From assembly GCA_034437695.1 (NCBI GenBank), contig DAOTTJ010000047.1:7613-71612 (forward strand): a stretch of 64,000 nt of DNA, given 5' to 3'. This stretch comes from Ktedonobacteraceae bacterium (lineage in GTDB: Bacteria; Chloroflexota; Ktedonobacteria; Ktedonobacterales; Ktedonobacteraceae). Numbering within the stretch: position 1 is the first letter of the stretch; the number at the start of each line of letters is the position of its first letter. Below, piece after piece: positions 49,664 through 59,306 of this stretch. Position numbers and translations under genes: made by a program. A model generated the notes under the pieces. The model was not told where the DNA came from. It saw nothing but the letters and a program-made list of their open reading frames with translations, and did no database searches.

Positions 49664-50786
49664 CCGGTCGATGGTGAAAAATCCTCGTGTCGCAGCAGCA
49701 AGATCGAAGGTGTGGCCGGATTATGCAAGCGTACGTAAAAGTAACCGATGCCGGCCAGACCAAGCATCAGGCCCGGCGTCTCGCCCGCAGTCACGCCGCA
49801 CGACCATATACCGCCTCGACGCCTGGCGATCTCGTATCCAGTCTCGCCAACGGCCAGGGCCAGCACGGCTGCGGGTCCTGCCGCCTGACGCGCGTAGAGA
49901 AGGATCTCGGCATTCCCGGTGAGGCCGTGACACAGGGAGAAGTTCCCATTGCCAGTGGCGAGTGCGGTCTCGATCATGGTCGCGGTTGTACGTAGCGCAA
50001 CGCTTGCCTCGGCTTTGCAGTTTGCATCGTCCAGGATCTCGTATGCCCGCAGACGGGTCAGACCGATGCCTGGCGCACCGTGGCACCAGAAGGTAGAGAA
50101 CGTCAGGGGAGGTCGCTGCCGTTTGCTGCGCCGGCTCTCCTCGCGAAAATCTGGCCAGTTGCCTTGCTCGGCGTTAAACCAGAAACGCTCGTAGGCGAAG
50201 GCGTCTTCTGCCGCTCGACGATACCTGGTCTCGCCCAGACCGGCAAGTTCCCAGTCGACCAGTTTCAACCTCGTCTTGCGCCGCACAGACCCGGACCCTG
50301 GCGCGAAGACTATCCAGTTGTCCCACTTGATATCAAAGTAGATAAGGCGGTCGGCCTGCCAGTCTTGCCACAGATTGTCCAGCAGTTGCGAGAACTCCGA
50401 TGAGTGCTGAAGCAGCTTGACGAGTTGCAGTTTCGCCTGGCTGGCATCCCAGAATATCCAGAGACGGGGACGATGGATAGTGAGTATCCACGCCGGCTGA
50501 CCGGAAAACCAGGCATCGTGCTCTCTATAGCTTTCGCTCAGCGGCTGGCTATGGAGCGCACCCAGTGCTTTTCCCATCGTGGCGGCGAGTCTGGGCGAGA
50601 AGCGGCTCTGGCGAGCGTGATACTGGCGCAGATCCTCCGCAGCGCATCATATCCATAAAAATGCGGTATATAGGGAGCGAGCAGCGGGTCAGCGTCCCGC
50701 AAGCGTCGATAGATCTCGGCCTCGTGAGCGATTGTCTCAGCTTTATCGGGACTCGACCCTTGCTTGACAATGTCTCTTGTGCTCAC
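49615..50786 (-). pseudogene. Kinase-like + LanC-like cyclase remnant (class III/IV lanthipeptide-synthetase-like), frameshifted with an internal deletion
   Basis: ORF 50538..50786 (kinase N-lobe-like, HEAEIYRRL) and ORF 49615..50577 are in different frames. The catalytic-loop-like sequence is IYFDIKWDNWIV, followed by KLVDWELAG. This then runs directly into LanC motifs FWCHGAPGIGL, SLCHGLTGNAEIL and GLMLGLAGIGYFYVRL. The N-terminal lyase domain and the first half of the LanC barrel are absent. Confidence 0.6.
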
Positions 50787-50824
50787 ATATACTAACTCTG
50801 GTTGTAATACTATTTGTTACAACC
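50764..50824 (+). promoter_or_regulatory. Promoter candidate TTGACA-18 nt-TATACT followed by the palindrome GGTTGTAA-9 nt-TTACAACC, upstream of the SDR gene
   Basis: TTGACA at 50764..50769, TATACT at 50788..50793, inverted repeat at 50800..50807 and 50817..50824, ATG at 50859. Confidence 0.4.
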
Positions 50825-50858
50825 GGAAGTTAGATCGTGTCGAGATTGGAAGATATTC

Positions 50859-51761
50859 ATGGCTCAAACAATTCTTGTCACTGGCAGTACTAGTGGCTTT
50901 GGTCGGCTGACCATTGAAACCCTGGCTCGCCAGGGGCATATAGTTTTTGCGGGAATGCGGGCGGTGACGGGCAAGAATGCCTCTGCGGCGCAAGAAGTAC
51001 GTATGCTGGCGGAACAGGAAAAACTGGCCCTGCACGTTGTCGAAATCGATGTCACCGACGACGCGTCTGTCGAGCAAGCAATCGCGTCTCTCATCGAGAG
51101 CACAGGGCGCATTGATGTGGTGGTCAACAACGCCGGGGTATCGTATAGTGGCCCGATCGAAGCGTTCACTATAGAGCAGGCGCAAAAGCAGTTCGACACC
51201 AACGTCTTCAGCGTCTTGCGCGTGAACCGTGCGGCTCTGCCGTATATGCGCAAGCAGGGGAGCGGTTTGCTGGTGCAGATCGGGTCGATAGCTGGGCGCG
51301 TGGCGTTGCCTTTTCTCGGACTGTACGGCTCGACGAAGTTTGCCCTGGAAGGTATTACCGAGTCGTATAGCTATGAACTCGCGCCCTTTGGCATCGACGC
51401 TGCGATCATCGAGCCTGGAACCTTCCCAACCTCGATCGGCGCGAATCGCCAGGGCGCAGCGGATAGCGAGCGCACCGCTCTCTACCAGACTGCGATGGGC
51501 GATTTTGCCCGGTCGTTCCAGGCGGAAAACCGCTCAACGCCCCCCAATCCACAGGATGTAGCCGACGCGGTGGCCAGCGTCATCGCGCAACCAGCCGGCG
51601 AGCGCACCCTGCGTACGGTGGTTGCGACTCCCACGCAGCGTCAGGCCCCGCAGGCTATCAACGAGGTGGCAGCGCGAGTAACCAGTTCCTATTTGGAAAC
51701 GCTCGCGATGCCACGTCCAGCAAGGGCGGCACAACAGGAAGGGAAGGATCGCGTCCTATGA
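50859..51761 (+). CDS. SDR-family oxidoreductase
   Basis: TILVTGSTSGFGRLTIETLARQGH, VVNNAGV, YGSTKFALEG. Confidence 0.85.
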   Translation: MAQTILVTGSTSGFGRLTIETLARQGHIVFAGMRAVTGKNASAAQEVRMLAEQEKLALHVVEIDVTDDASVEQAIASLIESTGRIDVVVNNAGVSYSGPIEAFTIEQAQKQFDTNVFSVLRVNRAALPYMRKQGSGLLVQIGSIAGRVALPFLGLYGSTKFALEGITESYSYELAPFGIDAAIIEPGTFPTSIGANRQGAADSERTALYQTAMGDFARSFQAENRSTPPNPQDVADAVASVIAQPAGERTLRTVVATPTQRQAPQAINEVAARVTSSYLETLAMPRPARAAQQEGKDRVL

Positions 51762-52262
51762 TGCATTGCTTGTGAGAGAGTTGACTTGCAGTGCCTGTTC
51801 TAAACTCTGGATAAACGCGTCGTCTAGCTGGCGTAGATCGGTCTGGCTGACATAGAGGATCTTGCATTCACCGGGGTCGAGGTTCATATGTCGGATCTCG
51901 GTTTCGCCCTGGCGAAAGTCCAGGTGATAGATCACGCCCAGGTCGTTCAGACAGCTCTGACTGATACTGACCTGGGTGGCATAGGCGGGCAGGGCCAGCG
52001 CCATGCGATAGAGGTTCTGCACGCTGGCCACACCAGTGACCGTTTTATCGATTGGCCCCAGGTTATTGGTGGGCGAAGGATCGGTGCGTGTCACCTCCAG
52101 AACGGTGGGTCCGTTTATCGTGGCAGGTGTCGGATTGTGCGAGGGGCTGGCAGAGGTTGGCGTAGAACCAGACGTGCTGGTCGATTGCGTGGACGCAGCG
52201 CTCCCACACGCAGTGAATAGCAGACCGAGAACGATACATAGAAGCAGAAAACGGCGTCTCAT
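51756..52262 (-). CDS. Hypothetical lipoprotein
   Basis: MRRRFLLLCIVLGLLFTAC lipobox, followed by a Ser/Thr-rich linker. Confidence 0.6.
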   Translation of the reverse strand: MRRRFLLLCIVLGLLFTACGSAASTQSTSTSGSTPTSASPSHNPTPATINGPTVLEVTRTDPSPTNNLGPIDKTVTGVASVQNLYRMALALPAYATQVSISQSCLNDLGVIYHLDFRQGETEIRHMNLDPGECKILYVSQTDLRQLDDAFIQSLEQALQVNSLTSNAS

Positions 52263-52316
52263 GCTAAAAATCTTTCCTTTAAATAGGTGAAATAGTTCTG
52301 TTCTGTTCTGTGAAAT

Positions 52317-53357
52317 CTAGGATGCAACAGGAGTAGCTTGATACGTGACAAACATCCCGCCGGGTTCGGTGCGCACTCCTACGGTACAGTAGGTGAAGCC
52401 CTGGGGAAGTCCAGTCGCCTTCTGTCCAAGCTGCTGGTTAATATTACTCTGAAAAGATTGGACAAAGGTCGTGATAGGTATGCCCCCCAGATCGGCTTTG
52501 GTCACCCGCACCTGGACGACACAGTTAGCGACATAGGGCTGGAGGTCGACCGTGAAGTGGCGCGAGAAGCTGAGGCCCAGAATGGTATAGGTATCGTCAC
52601 CCTGGACAATCATCAGATCGCCATTCTCCAATTCGGTCGTGATATTTTTCACCTGGCCGGGCAGGTTCGCTTTGGTAACCTGGTTGCTCACTAGCTGCGA
52701 GACAAAGGTTTTGTCGGCGTCGATAATGAGATTGCCCCGAACCGAGGGCGGGACAATGATAAGCGCTCCCTCACCGGCCAGCCCATACCAGAGGAGTGCG
52801 CTCAGACCAATGATTGCGCCCAGTACAAGTGTGATCAGCGGCACAACGATCCGTCCAACTCGCGAACGCAGCCAGCGCCGGGGTCGCCCTAAGCGCTGAC
52901 GCCGCTGCGGCGGGATAAATTCGATGGTTTCGAGCATATCTATCTCGACTTCGGGAAAGAGGATCGGCTGGGGAAGCGCCGGGGGAGCCTGGTTTACAGG
53001 GGTTTGCTGGGTTCGTTCGCCACGCGATGAACGCTTTTGCCCTCTCTCTGCGGGCCATGCTTGAGGCGGAAGAGGCTGCGATTGCCCACCGGGTCCTGGA
53101 TTCTGGGAAGGCGAGGGGTGATACTGCTGTTGATACTGCCCAACCTTCCCTGGTGGCGGGCCAGGCGGCATCTGGGGCGCGGCAGGACGCTGACCCGAAG
53201 CTTGAGCAGCATCACGCTGACCAGGCGGCGGCAACGGCTGAGAAGACTGTATAAGCGTCGCGTCGCCTGCATCCGGCTGCTGCGGCCGCGGCTTACGCGT
53301 CCCAGAGGACTGGGTCGCCGCCGCCGGGTCAAATGGGTGATTTGTCTGCTCACTCAT
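52317..53357 (-). CDS. Hypothetical single-pass membrane protein with a long Pro/Gln-rich N-terminal tail
   Basis: About 170 aa of P/Q/G-rich low complexity, TM segment IVVPLITLVLGAIIGLSALLWYGL, and a roughly 150-aa C-terminal domain. Confidence 0.6.
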   Translation of the reverse strand: MSEQTNHPFDPAAATQSSGTRKPRPQQPDAGDATLIQSSQPLPPPGQRDAAQASGQRPAAPQMPPGPPPGKVGQYQQQYHPSPSQNPGPGGQSQPLPPQAWPAERGQKRSSRGERTQQTPVNQAPPALPQPILFPEVEIDMLETIEFIPPQRRQRLGRPRRWLRSRVGRIVVPLITLVLGAIIGLSALLWYGLAGEGALIIVPPSVRGNLIIDADKTFVSQLVSNQVTKANLPGQVKNITTELENGDLMIVQGDDTYTILGLSFSRHFTVDLQPYVANCVVQVRVTKADLGGIPITTFVQSFQSNINQQLGQKATGLPQGFTYCTVGVRTEPGGMFVTYQATPVAS

Positions 53358-53657
53358 GATATTTACTCCTCGCTCCATGCTAACACGTCTATCATATACT
53401 CTATCTTTACTCTATGCAAGAGTATATATGCTCAGAACTGATTTTGCCAATGTTGCACAAGATCGTTGTCAGGAGTGCAGTGGACTGGGGGTTCGGGTGC
53501 AGCACCCCGAAGCCCCTTTTTGCCAGTGTCTTTACAAATGGGTCAGCGCAGATTACCATGTCAGGAGCAATGGCACCATGAACAGCTAGTAGCTGCCAAC
53601 GTCTCTACCTTCTCTACCTTCTTTTCTATGACCATAAGCAACCGAAAGGAATGTGTA

Positions 53658-54233
53658 ATGTCCGATTCATCAGCCAAAATGGCCCTGCTCATCATGGATA
53701 TGCAAGAAGAAATTGTCGCGCGGTTTGCCCAGGCGGGTGATTTCCTAGCGCACATACAGACGCTGCTCACGGCGGCGCGGACCGCAGGGGTCCCGGTGAT
53801 CTATGTGAAGGTGGATTTTCGTCCAGGCTCTCCTGAAGTAAGTCCCAGGAACAAATCCTTCTCTGTTTTCAGACAACGACTGGCCTCCTCGTCGGCAACT
53901 ACCTCGATGGAGATTCACCCGGCCATTGCTCCACAGACGACCGATATTGTCGTCACGAAACGCCGGGTCAGTGCGTTTTGCGGGAGCGATCTGGAGGTAG
54001 TACTGCGAGCGCAGGAGATCTCGCACCTGGTGCTCTGTGGGATATCAACCAGCGGGGTGGTCCTTTCAACCCTGCGCGAGGCGGCTGACAGGGATTATCA
54101 ACTGACAGTCCTGGCCGACTGCTGCGTCGATGTCGACGAAGAGGTCCAGCGCGTCTTGCTCTCCAAAGTCTTTCCACGCCAGGCCGACGTTATGCAAGCC
54201 TCAACATGGATGGAGCAGCTAGTCAGCCGATAG
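53658..54233 (+). CDS. Isochorismatase-family cysteine hydrolase
   Basis: ALLIMDMQEEIV, VVTKRRVSAF.GSDLEVVLRAQEISHLVLCGISTSGVVLSTLREAADRDY (catalytic Cys in LCGI). Confidence 0.85.
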   Translation: MSDSSAKMALLIMDMQEEIVARFAQAGDFLAHIQTLLTAARTAGVPVIYVKVDFRPGSPEVSPRNKSFSVFRQRLASSSATTSMEIHPAIAPQTTDIVVTKRRVSAFCGSDLEVVLRAQEISHLVLCGISTSGVVLSTLREAADRDYQLTVLADCCVDVDEEVQRVLLSKVFPRQADVMQASTWMEQLVSR

Positions 54234-54354
54234 ACGATTTGACACGCTTGCACCCCTTTGTAGCAAACAGAAGGACGAGCATGAGATCTCATCCCACGCT
54301 CGTCTTTCTTTGGTTTCTACGAGTACGAGTGCAAAGCAAGCACGTTGTGCTGCT

Positions 54355-56148
54355 TTAGAGGTGACCCGCCAGGTCGGAATCGGCCTCGACGATTTCTACA
54401 TCGGCACCATTCTCTTCACTGAGTGGGAGCGGAGCGCTCACCGGCACCTGGACGTAGAGTGCTTCAGCCGTCGCAATCGCCAGTTCCTCGCTGCTGTTGA
54501 GCAACGGGACCTCTTTGAGGAAGAACGCGATCACGAGCGCGACGATCAGGAAGACCAGACTGAAGACAAACACGTTGTGTACGCCCTGGGTTAGCCCTAC
54601 CTTCACCGCGTACATGAGCTGCGCATAGATCTGTGTGCCACCAGGGATCTTGGCAAACTGCCCGGCAATCTGTGTCTGCGCGGTTGGTGAGAGCAGGATG
54701 TTCGGGTTGCCGAAAAAGCTGAGAATATCGATATGGCGAAGCTGCATCACCTGGGCGGCAAACGTCTTGACCTGCGTGGTCAGTGCGCCTGTGAAGCCCG
54801 GCTGATAGGCGCTGACGAGCACCGATCCCATGGCCGAAAGCGCAATGGTTGCTGCGATCTGACGGAAGAAGGTCAGGGCAGCCGTCGCCTCTCCAATACG
54901 TGTGGGCAGCGCGTTCTGCACAATCACTGTGTAGATCGAGATCCCAAAGCCTAACCCCAGACCCAGCACCACCATCGCAACCCAGAGATCGTTGGCGGTC
55001 GAGTTCACGTTTAAGCGCAGGAGCAGCAGACCACCGCCGACGCCAATCACGGCACCCACGATAGCTACCCATTTATAGCGGCCAAAGCGCGAAACCAATT
55101 GACCCGAGGCGACGCTGGCGACAATCAGGGCGAACATCAAGGGCGTTAAGAGGAAACCACTATTTGAGGCTGATAATCCGAGGACTCCCTGCGCAAACAG
55201 GGGCATGAAGCTGATGCCACCAAACATCGCCATGCTGATCGCCATCGTAATCGCGCTGGAGACCACAAAGATCGGATTTTTGAAGAGGCTGGGCGCAATG
55301 ATCGGCTGGGCCTGACGGCGCTCCAGCACAGCCTCATACACAAAGAAGAGGACCAGCACGATAATCGAGCCAGCAAAGAGTCCGAGCACCTGCGGCGAGG
55401 CCCAGGCGTACTGCGATCCTGCCCAGGTAAAGGCAAGCATCAACGGTATCGTGCCTGCGGCCAGCAGAAGCGATCCCAGGTAGTCGATTTTGATGTTCTG
55501 ACCCGGTTTGTGCAGCGTCGGCATCAGGAAGACGAGAACGAGCAGTGCGATAACGCCGATCGGCAGATTGACGTAGAAGATCCAGCGCCAGCTCGCGTTG
55601 TCAGTCAGCCAGCCACCCAGGGCAGGTCCGAGGACCGAGGCGACGCCGAAGATGCCGCCCGTTACGCCCTGCCATTTGCCGCGTTCGCGTGGCGAGAACA
55701 GGTCACCGATCACGGCCAGCGCAATCGGCATAAGTGCGGCTGCGCCCAGACCCTGGAAGGCGCGAAAGGCGATAAGCTGGTTCATGCTCTGCGCTGCCCC
55801 GCTGGCAGCCGAGCCAATCAGGAAGAGCACCACGCCAATCAAGAAGATCGGCTTGCGTCCGAATAGGTCGGAGAGCTTGCCATAGATCGGGATCATGATC
55901 GTCGAGGTCAACAGATAGGCCGTGGTGACCCAGGTATAGCGATCAAGCCCATTAAAGTCCGCGATGATGCGCGGCAGGGCTGTAGAGACAATTGTCTGGT
56001 CCAGCGAGGCCAGCAACATCACTAGGAGAACCGCAAGCATGGTAAACAGGGTCTCACGTCTACTATAGCGCGAAGGCTGTTCCTCCTGTATTGGTTCTAC
56101 ACGCTGGCCGGTCGTCTCAGCACGGGAAGACGATGAAACGGATGCCAT
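54355..56148 (-). CDS. MFS transporter, DHA2 (EmrB/QacA, 14-TMS) type
   Basis: LASLDQTIVSTALPRI, GKLSDLFGRKP, about 14 hydrophobic segments. Lies 7 nt downstream of the TetR gene. Confidence 0.85.
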   Translation of the reverse strand: MASVSSSSRAETTGQRVEPIQEEQPSRYSRRETLFTMLAVLLVMLLASLDQTIVSTALPRIIADFNGLDRYTWVTTAYLLTSTIMIPIYGKLSDLFGRKPIFLIGVVLFLIGSAASGAAQSMNQLIAFRAFQGLGAAALMPIALAVIGDLFSPRERGKWQGVTGGIFGVASVLGPALGGWLTDNASWRWIFYVNLPIGVIALLVLVFLMPTLHKPGQNIKIDYLGSLLLAAGTIPLMLAFTWAGSQYAWASPQVLGLFAGSIIVLVLFFVYEAVLERRQAQPIIAPSLFKNPIFVVSSAITMAISMAMFGGISFMPLFAQGVLGLSASNSGFLLTPLMFALIVASVASGQLVSRFGRYKWVAIVGAVIGVGGGLLLLRLNVNSTANDLWVAMVVLGLGLGFGISIYTVIVQNALPTRIGEATAALTFFRQIAATIALSAMGSVLVSAYQPGFTGALTTQVKTFAAQVMQLRHIDILSFFGNPNILLSPTAQTQIAGQFAKIPGGTQIYAQLMYAVKVGLTQGVHNVFVFSLVFLIVALVIAFFLKEVPLLNSSEELAIATAEALYVQVPVSAPLPLSEENGADVEIVEADSDLAGHL

Positions 56149-56155
56149 AGTTTAT

Positions 56156-56815
56156 TTATCCTTTCGTTTGTTCTGTATGAAGTGTTGGAGGTGTCGACTG
56201 AATGCCCTGAAACAAGATCTGGCGCAGACCATCAAACAGTTCTTTGTCAGTGCAGCCCTGCTGGTCCACAAAATGGCGCAGGCTCTGAGGTGAGAAAAAC
56301 GAGAAAAGGGCCACGGCCATTGCCTGCGTTGGCAGCGCTGGATTGAACTCGCCCGCAGCTTTGCCTTCCTCGAACATCGCTATGACAACGTGGATGATCC
56401 GCTGCCGTAAAGCAAGCAGTGGACCACTATTGGTCGAGAAAACTCGCTGAAGTTCGCGATCCTGCGAAAGCGCGATGAAAACTTGCTTCTTCCGTGTATC
56501 CCAGCCAGACCGCAAGCACGCGATGAGTGCGTCTAATCTGGCCACTGCGTTGGCCTCAGATGCGATGGCTTCCTCAACATTTTTTATGAGTTGCTCCATA
56601 CCGACAGTCGCCAGCGCGACAAGCAGATCTTCCTTACAGGCAAAGTGCTGGTAGATGGTACCCTTCGATATCCCCACACGCGTCGCTATCTCATCCAGCG
56701 ATGTCTCGTGATAGCCATGCGCGAGAAAAGCTTCTTCGGCGGTCTGCAAGATTAATGCTTCGCGTTCCTGACGCTGGCGCTCTTTCAAAGAGGATGGTTT
56801 GTGAACAGATTGCAT
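56156..56815 (-). CDS. TetR-family transcriptional regulator (operon with the DHA2 transporter)
   Basis: ILQTAEEAFLAHGYHETSLDEIATRVGISKGTIYQHFACKEDLL. Confidence 0.85.
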   Translation of the reverse strand: MQSVHKPSSLKERQRQEREALILQTAEEAFLAHGYHETSLDEIATRVGISKGTIYQHFACKEDLLVALATVGMEQLIKNVEEAIASEANAVARLDALIACLRSGWDTRKKQVFIALSQDRELQRVFSTNSGPLLALRQRIIHVVIAMFEEGKAAGEFNPALPTQAMAVALFSFFSPQSLRHFVDQQGCTDKELFDGLRQILFQGIQSTPPTLHTEQTKG

Positions 56816-57010
56816 AGTGTTGATCTCTTCCTCATGTCTCAGCGAAAGAGGTCGGCCTCCTTTCTTCTCCTTGAATACGATGCCAGAAAATGTAGTGCTG
56901 GTTTATATTTGTAATGTATCGTCTAAATTTGACTTGTTAGTCATTATTTTACAACGCGGTTTTTATTTTGTCAAGTGGGCAGTGTTTTCTATCTGCTCTC
57001 GGCAGTAGCC

Positions 57011-57895
57011 CTACGTCTGAGGCTTTTGCTCTAAGACACTTCTGTCCGACTCGCATCCGTCCATTGCGCTCAGAAAGCATTGGAGTGTGGCTCGTGTGAC
57101 GGCATTGGGCATGTAGATCATAATCCTGATATCAGGATTGGTAAGCACTTGCAAGGCAACCTGTTCAAATTCCAGTGATCCTAACGTCGGATGCTCAATG
57201 ACTTTGTGACCATCCAGCGTGCTGCGTGCATCGTGATGAGGCCACCAGCGGCAAAATTCAGGGCTGACCTGCTTTAAATGCTCAATTAAATCTTCGAACC
57301 ATTTATCACCAGGATAGCGAGCGCTGGCCGTGCGAAACTCCGCGAGCGTCGCCCGTGCAACCATCTCCCAATTCGGGCGCTCCCGCGTCGTCAGGTTGGT
57401 GAAGAGTCGCCAGACCATGTTGTGCGCGTAAGGGGATGAGGTATCCGCAAGTATGTCAGCAATGGCGAAAAGACCCTCGGCAGCTCTGTTCCATGCCAGA
57501 TAATCATAGCGCCTTCCAAGAATATAGGCCGGACTGGGGTTGAGGTCATCTAACATCTGCTGAAGAGCGGAGCTAACGTTCTCCTCTTCTGGTAAAACGG
57601 GCGGAGGAAGTGGTTGTCCGGCAAGAAGAAACAGATGCCGACGTTCATGGGGCGTCAGCCTGAGCGCGTGTGCCAGACTTTCCAGCACCTGCGCCGAGGG
57701 ATGCACATCACGTCCTTGCTCTAGCCAGACGTACCAGGAGGTGCCAATACTGGCCAGGTGCGCGACCTCTTCGCGGCGTAACCCTGGCGTCCGCCGACGG
57801 ATGCCAGGGGGCAGGCCCACCTCGGCCGGAGACAGCTTCGCCCGGCGTTGGCGTAAAAAATCGGCAAGTGCTTCTCGTTGTTCGTGTTTCTGCAT
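57011..57895 (-). CDS. MmyB-like HTH transcriptional regulator (second copy)
   Basis: LADFLRQRRAKLSPAEVGLPPGIRRRTPGLRREEVAHLASIGTSWYVWLEQGRDVHPSAQVLESLAHALRLT. Collinear with 39581..40432. Confidence 0.85.
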   Translation of the reverse strand: MQKHEQREALADFLRQRRAKLSPAEVGLPPGIRRRTPGLRREEVAHLASIGTSWYVWLEQGRDVHPSAQVLESLAHALRLTPHERRHLFLLAGQPLPPPVLPEEENVSSALQQMLDDLNPSPAYILGRRYDYLAWNRAAEGLFAIADILADTSSPYAHNMVWRLFTNLTTRERPNWEMVARATLAEFRTASARYPGDKWFEDLIEHLKQVSPEFCRWWPHHDARSTLDGHKVIEHPTLGSLEFEQVALQVLTNPDIRIMIYMPNAVTRATLQCFLSAMDGCESDRSVLEQKPQT

Positions 57896-58088
57896 CTCTC
57901 GTTGCTCCTTATCCTGGTAGGCCGGGACCTATGATAAACAAACACTGGTCCTGGTATCCCCAGGAGAGCATACTCAAGAAGAGTCCCAGCGTCAAGATAA
58001 GAGAGATGTCTCCATCCGACGCAAAGAGTGTCCCAACAGGAAGTAGATTCGTTTTCCTGTATGTTAGAAAATCAAGCGTGAGGTGTGT

Positions 58089-59030
58089 ATGTCTTTGCAA
58101 TTTGGTATCTCCCTGCCACAAGGCTGGAATAGGGAACTGGCGAACATCAAGGACCCAATTGAAGCCTATGAGGCGATGACGCGTGTGGCACAGACTGCCG
58201 ATGAAGTCGGTTTCGCGTCCGCATGGCTTGTCGATCACTTTCACACTGCCCCACGACCATCGCAAGAGGTCACGTTTGAGTGCTGGACGACTACCTCTGC
58301 TCTGGCACGTGACACCAGACGTATCCGCATTGGTCAGACCGTCACCTGCAATGGCTACCGCAACCCTGCCCTGCTCGCTAAAATGGCAAGTACGGTCGAT
58401 GTCCTCTCGCATGGGCGACTCACTTTAGGTGTCGGCGCTGGCTGGCATGAACAGGAGTATCGCGGCTACGGCTATGACTTTCCCAATACTGCTGAACGTC
58501 TGCGGCGTCTCAGTGAGGCAGTGCAGGTGATCCTGGCTATGTGGACACAGGAAGAAGCGACCTTTGAGGGAATGTACTACCAGGTACGCCAGGCGATCAA
58601 CCAGCCCAGGGGTGTCCAGCAACCGCATATTCCCCTACTCATCGGTGGCGGCGGTGAACAGGTGACGCTCAAACTGGTCGCGCAGTACGCCGATGCCTGT
58701 AACGTCTTTGGCGATCTGGAGACGGTCACGCACAAGTTCGCCGTGCTTCAAGAGCACTGTAAAGCTATTGGGCGCGATTACGAGCGTATCCATCGCACGG
58801 TAGGGGCCTTCTGCTGCATCGGGGAAACCGACGAGCAGGCGCAAGCCAAATTCCCCGCCGCGCTCCGGGGTCGTCCGGTTGGCGCAGGTGCGCTGATCGG
58901 TACCCCAGAAACGATCAACCGCCGTCTGGCCAATTTGGAGGCGGCTGGCGTCCAGGAAGTGATCCTCGGGTTCCCTGATATCTTGCAAGTGGATACATTG
59001 CGCTTTTTTGCGCAAGAGGTTATGAGATAA
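58089..59030 (+). CDS. Luciferase-like monooxygenase (LLM) class flavin/F420-dependent oxidoreductase
   Basis: FGISLPQG, FASAWLVDHF, TALARDTRRIRIGQTV, NPALLAKMASTVDVLSHGRLTLGVGAGW. Confidence 0.8.
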   Translation: MSLQFGISLPQGWNRELANIKDPIEAYEAMTRVAQTADEVGFASAWLVDHFHTAPRPSQEVTFECWTTTSALARDTRRIRIGQTVTCNGYRNPALLAKMASTVDVLSHGRLTLGVGAGWHEQEYRGYGYDFPNTAERLRRLSEAVQVILAMWTQEEATFEGMYYQVRQAINQPRGVQQPHIPLLIGGGGEQVTLKLVAQYADACNVFGDLETVTHKFAVLQEHCKAIGRDYERIHRTVGAFCCIGETDEQAQAKFPAALRGRPVGAGALIGTPETINRRLANLEAAGVQEVILGFPDILQVDTLRFFAQEVMR

Positions 59031-59059
59031 GACAAAGGATCGGATTGCGGAGCATCAAA

Positions 59060-59174
59060 AGAAGCAGGGGTGCAGGGGACGACAGTCTCCTGCCGGCACC
59101 CTGTCCGGGGGACAGGGAAGAGGGGTGTCCCCGAAAAACCTCTCTTTCCTCTTTTGCCCGCCGCCGCAGGCGGC
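59060..59174. repeat. GC-rich intergenic repeat (copy C, short form)
   Basis: Head and tail are shared with 22099..22370 (see there). Internal hairpin CCCTGTCC ggg GGACAGGG, and terminal GCCGCC gca GGCGGC. Confidence 0.8.
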
Positions 59175-59306
59175 CGGGCAACTTTGCAACAGCCCTGGGC
59201 TGGCGAGTTGATGATCTTGACTTTGCACGGGTGATCTTCTACAATGAAATTACAGGAAATGGAGAGGTTTATAGGAAAACACGACCCCGAGATTGGAGAG
59301 AACCTC

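Noticed and set aside
53428-53589. 53-codon ORF containing a DnaJ-type CxxCxGxG motif (DRCQECSGLGV)
   Set aside because: It has a single motif copy, no convincing Shine-Dalgarno and no recognisable homology, and it lies in the divergent promoter region of two genes. It is kept only as a note and could be revisited with Ribo-seq or conservation data.
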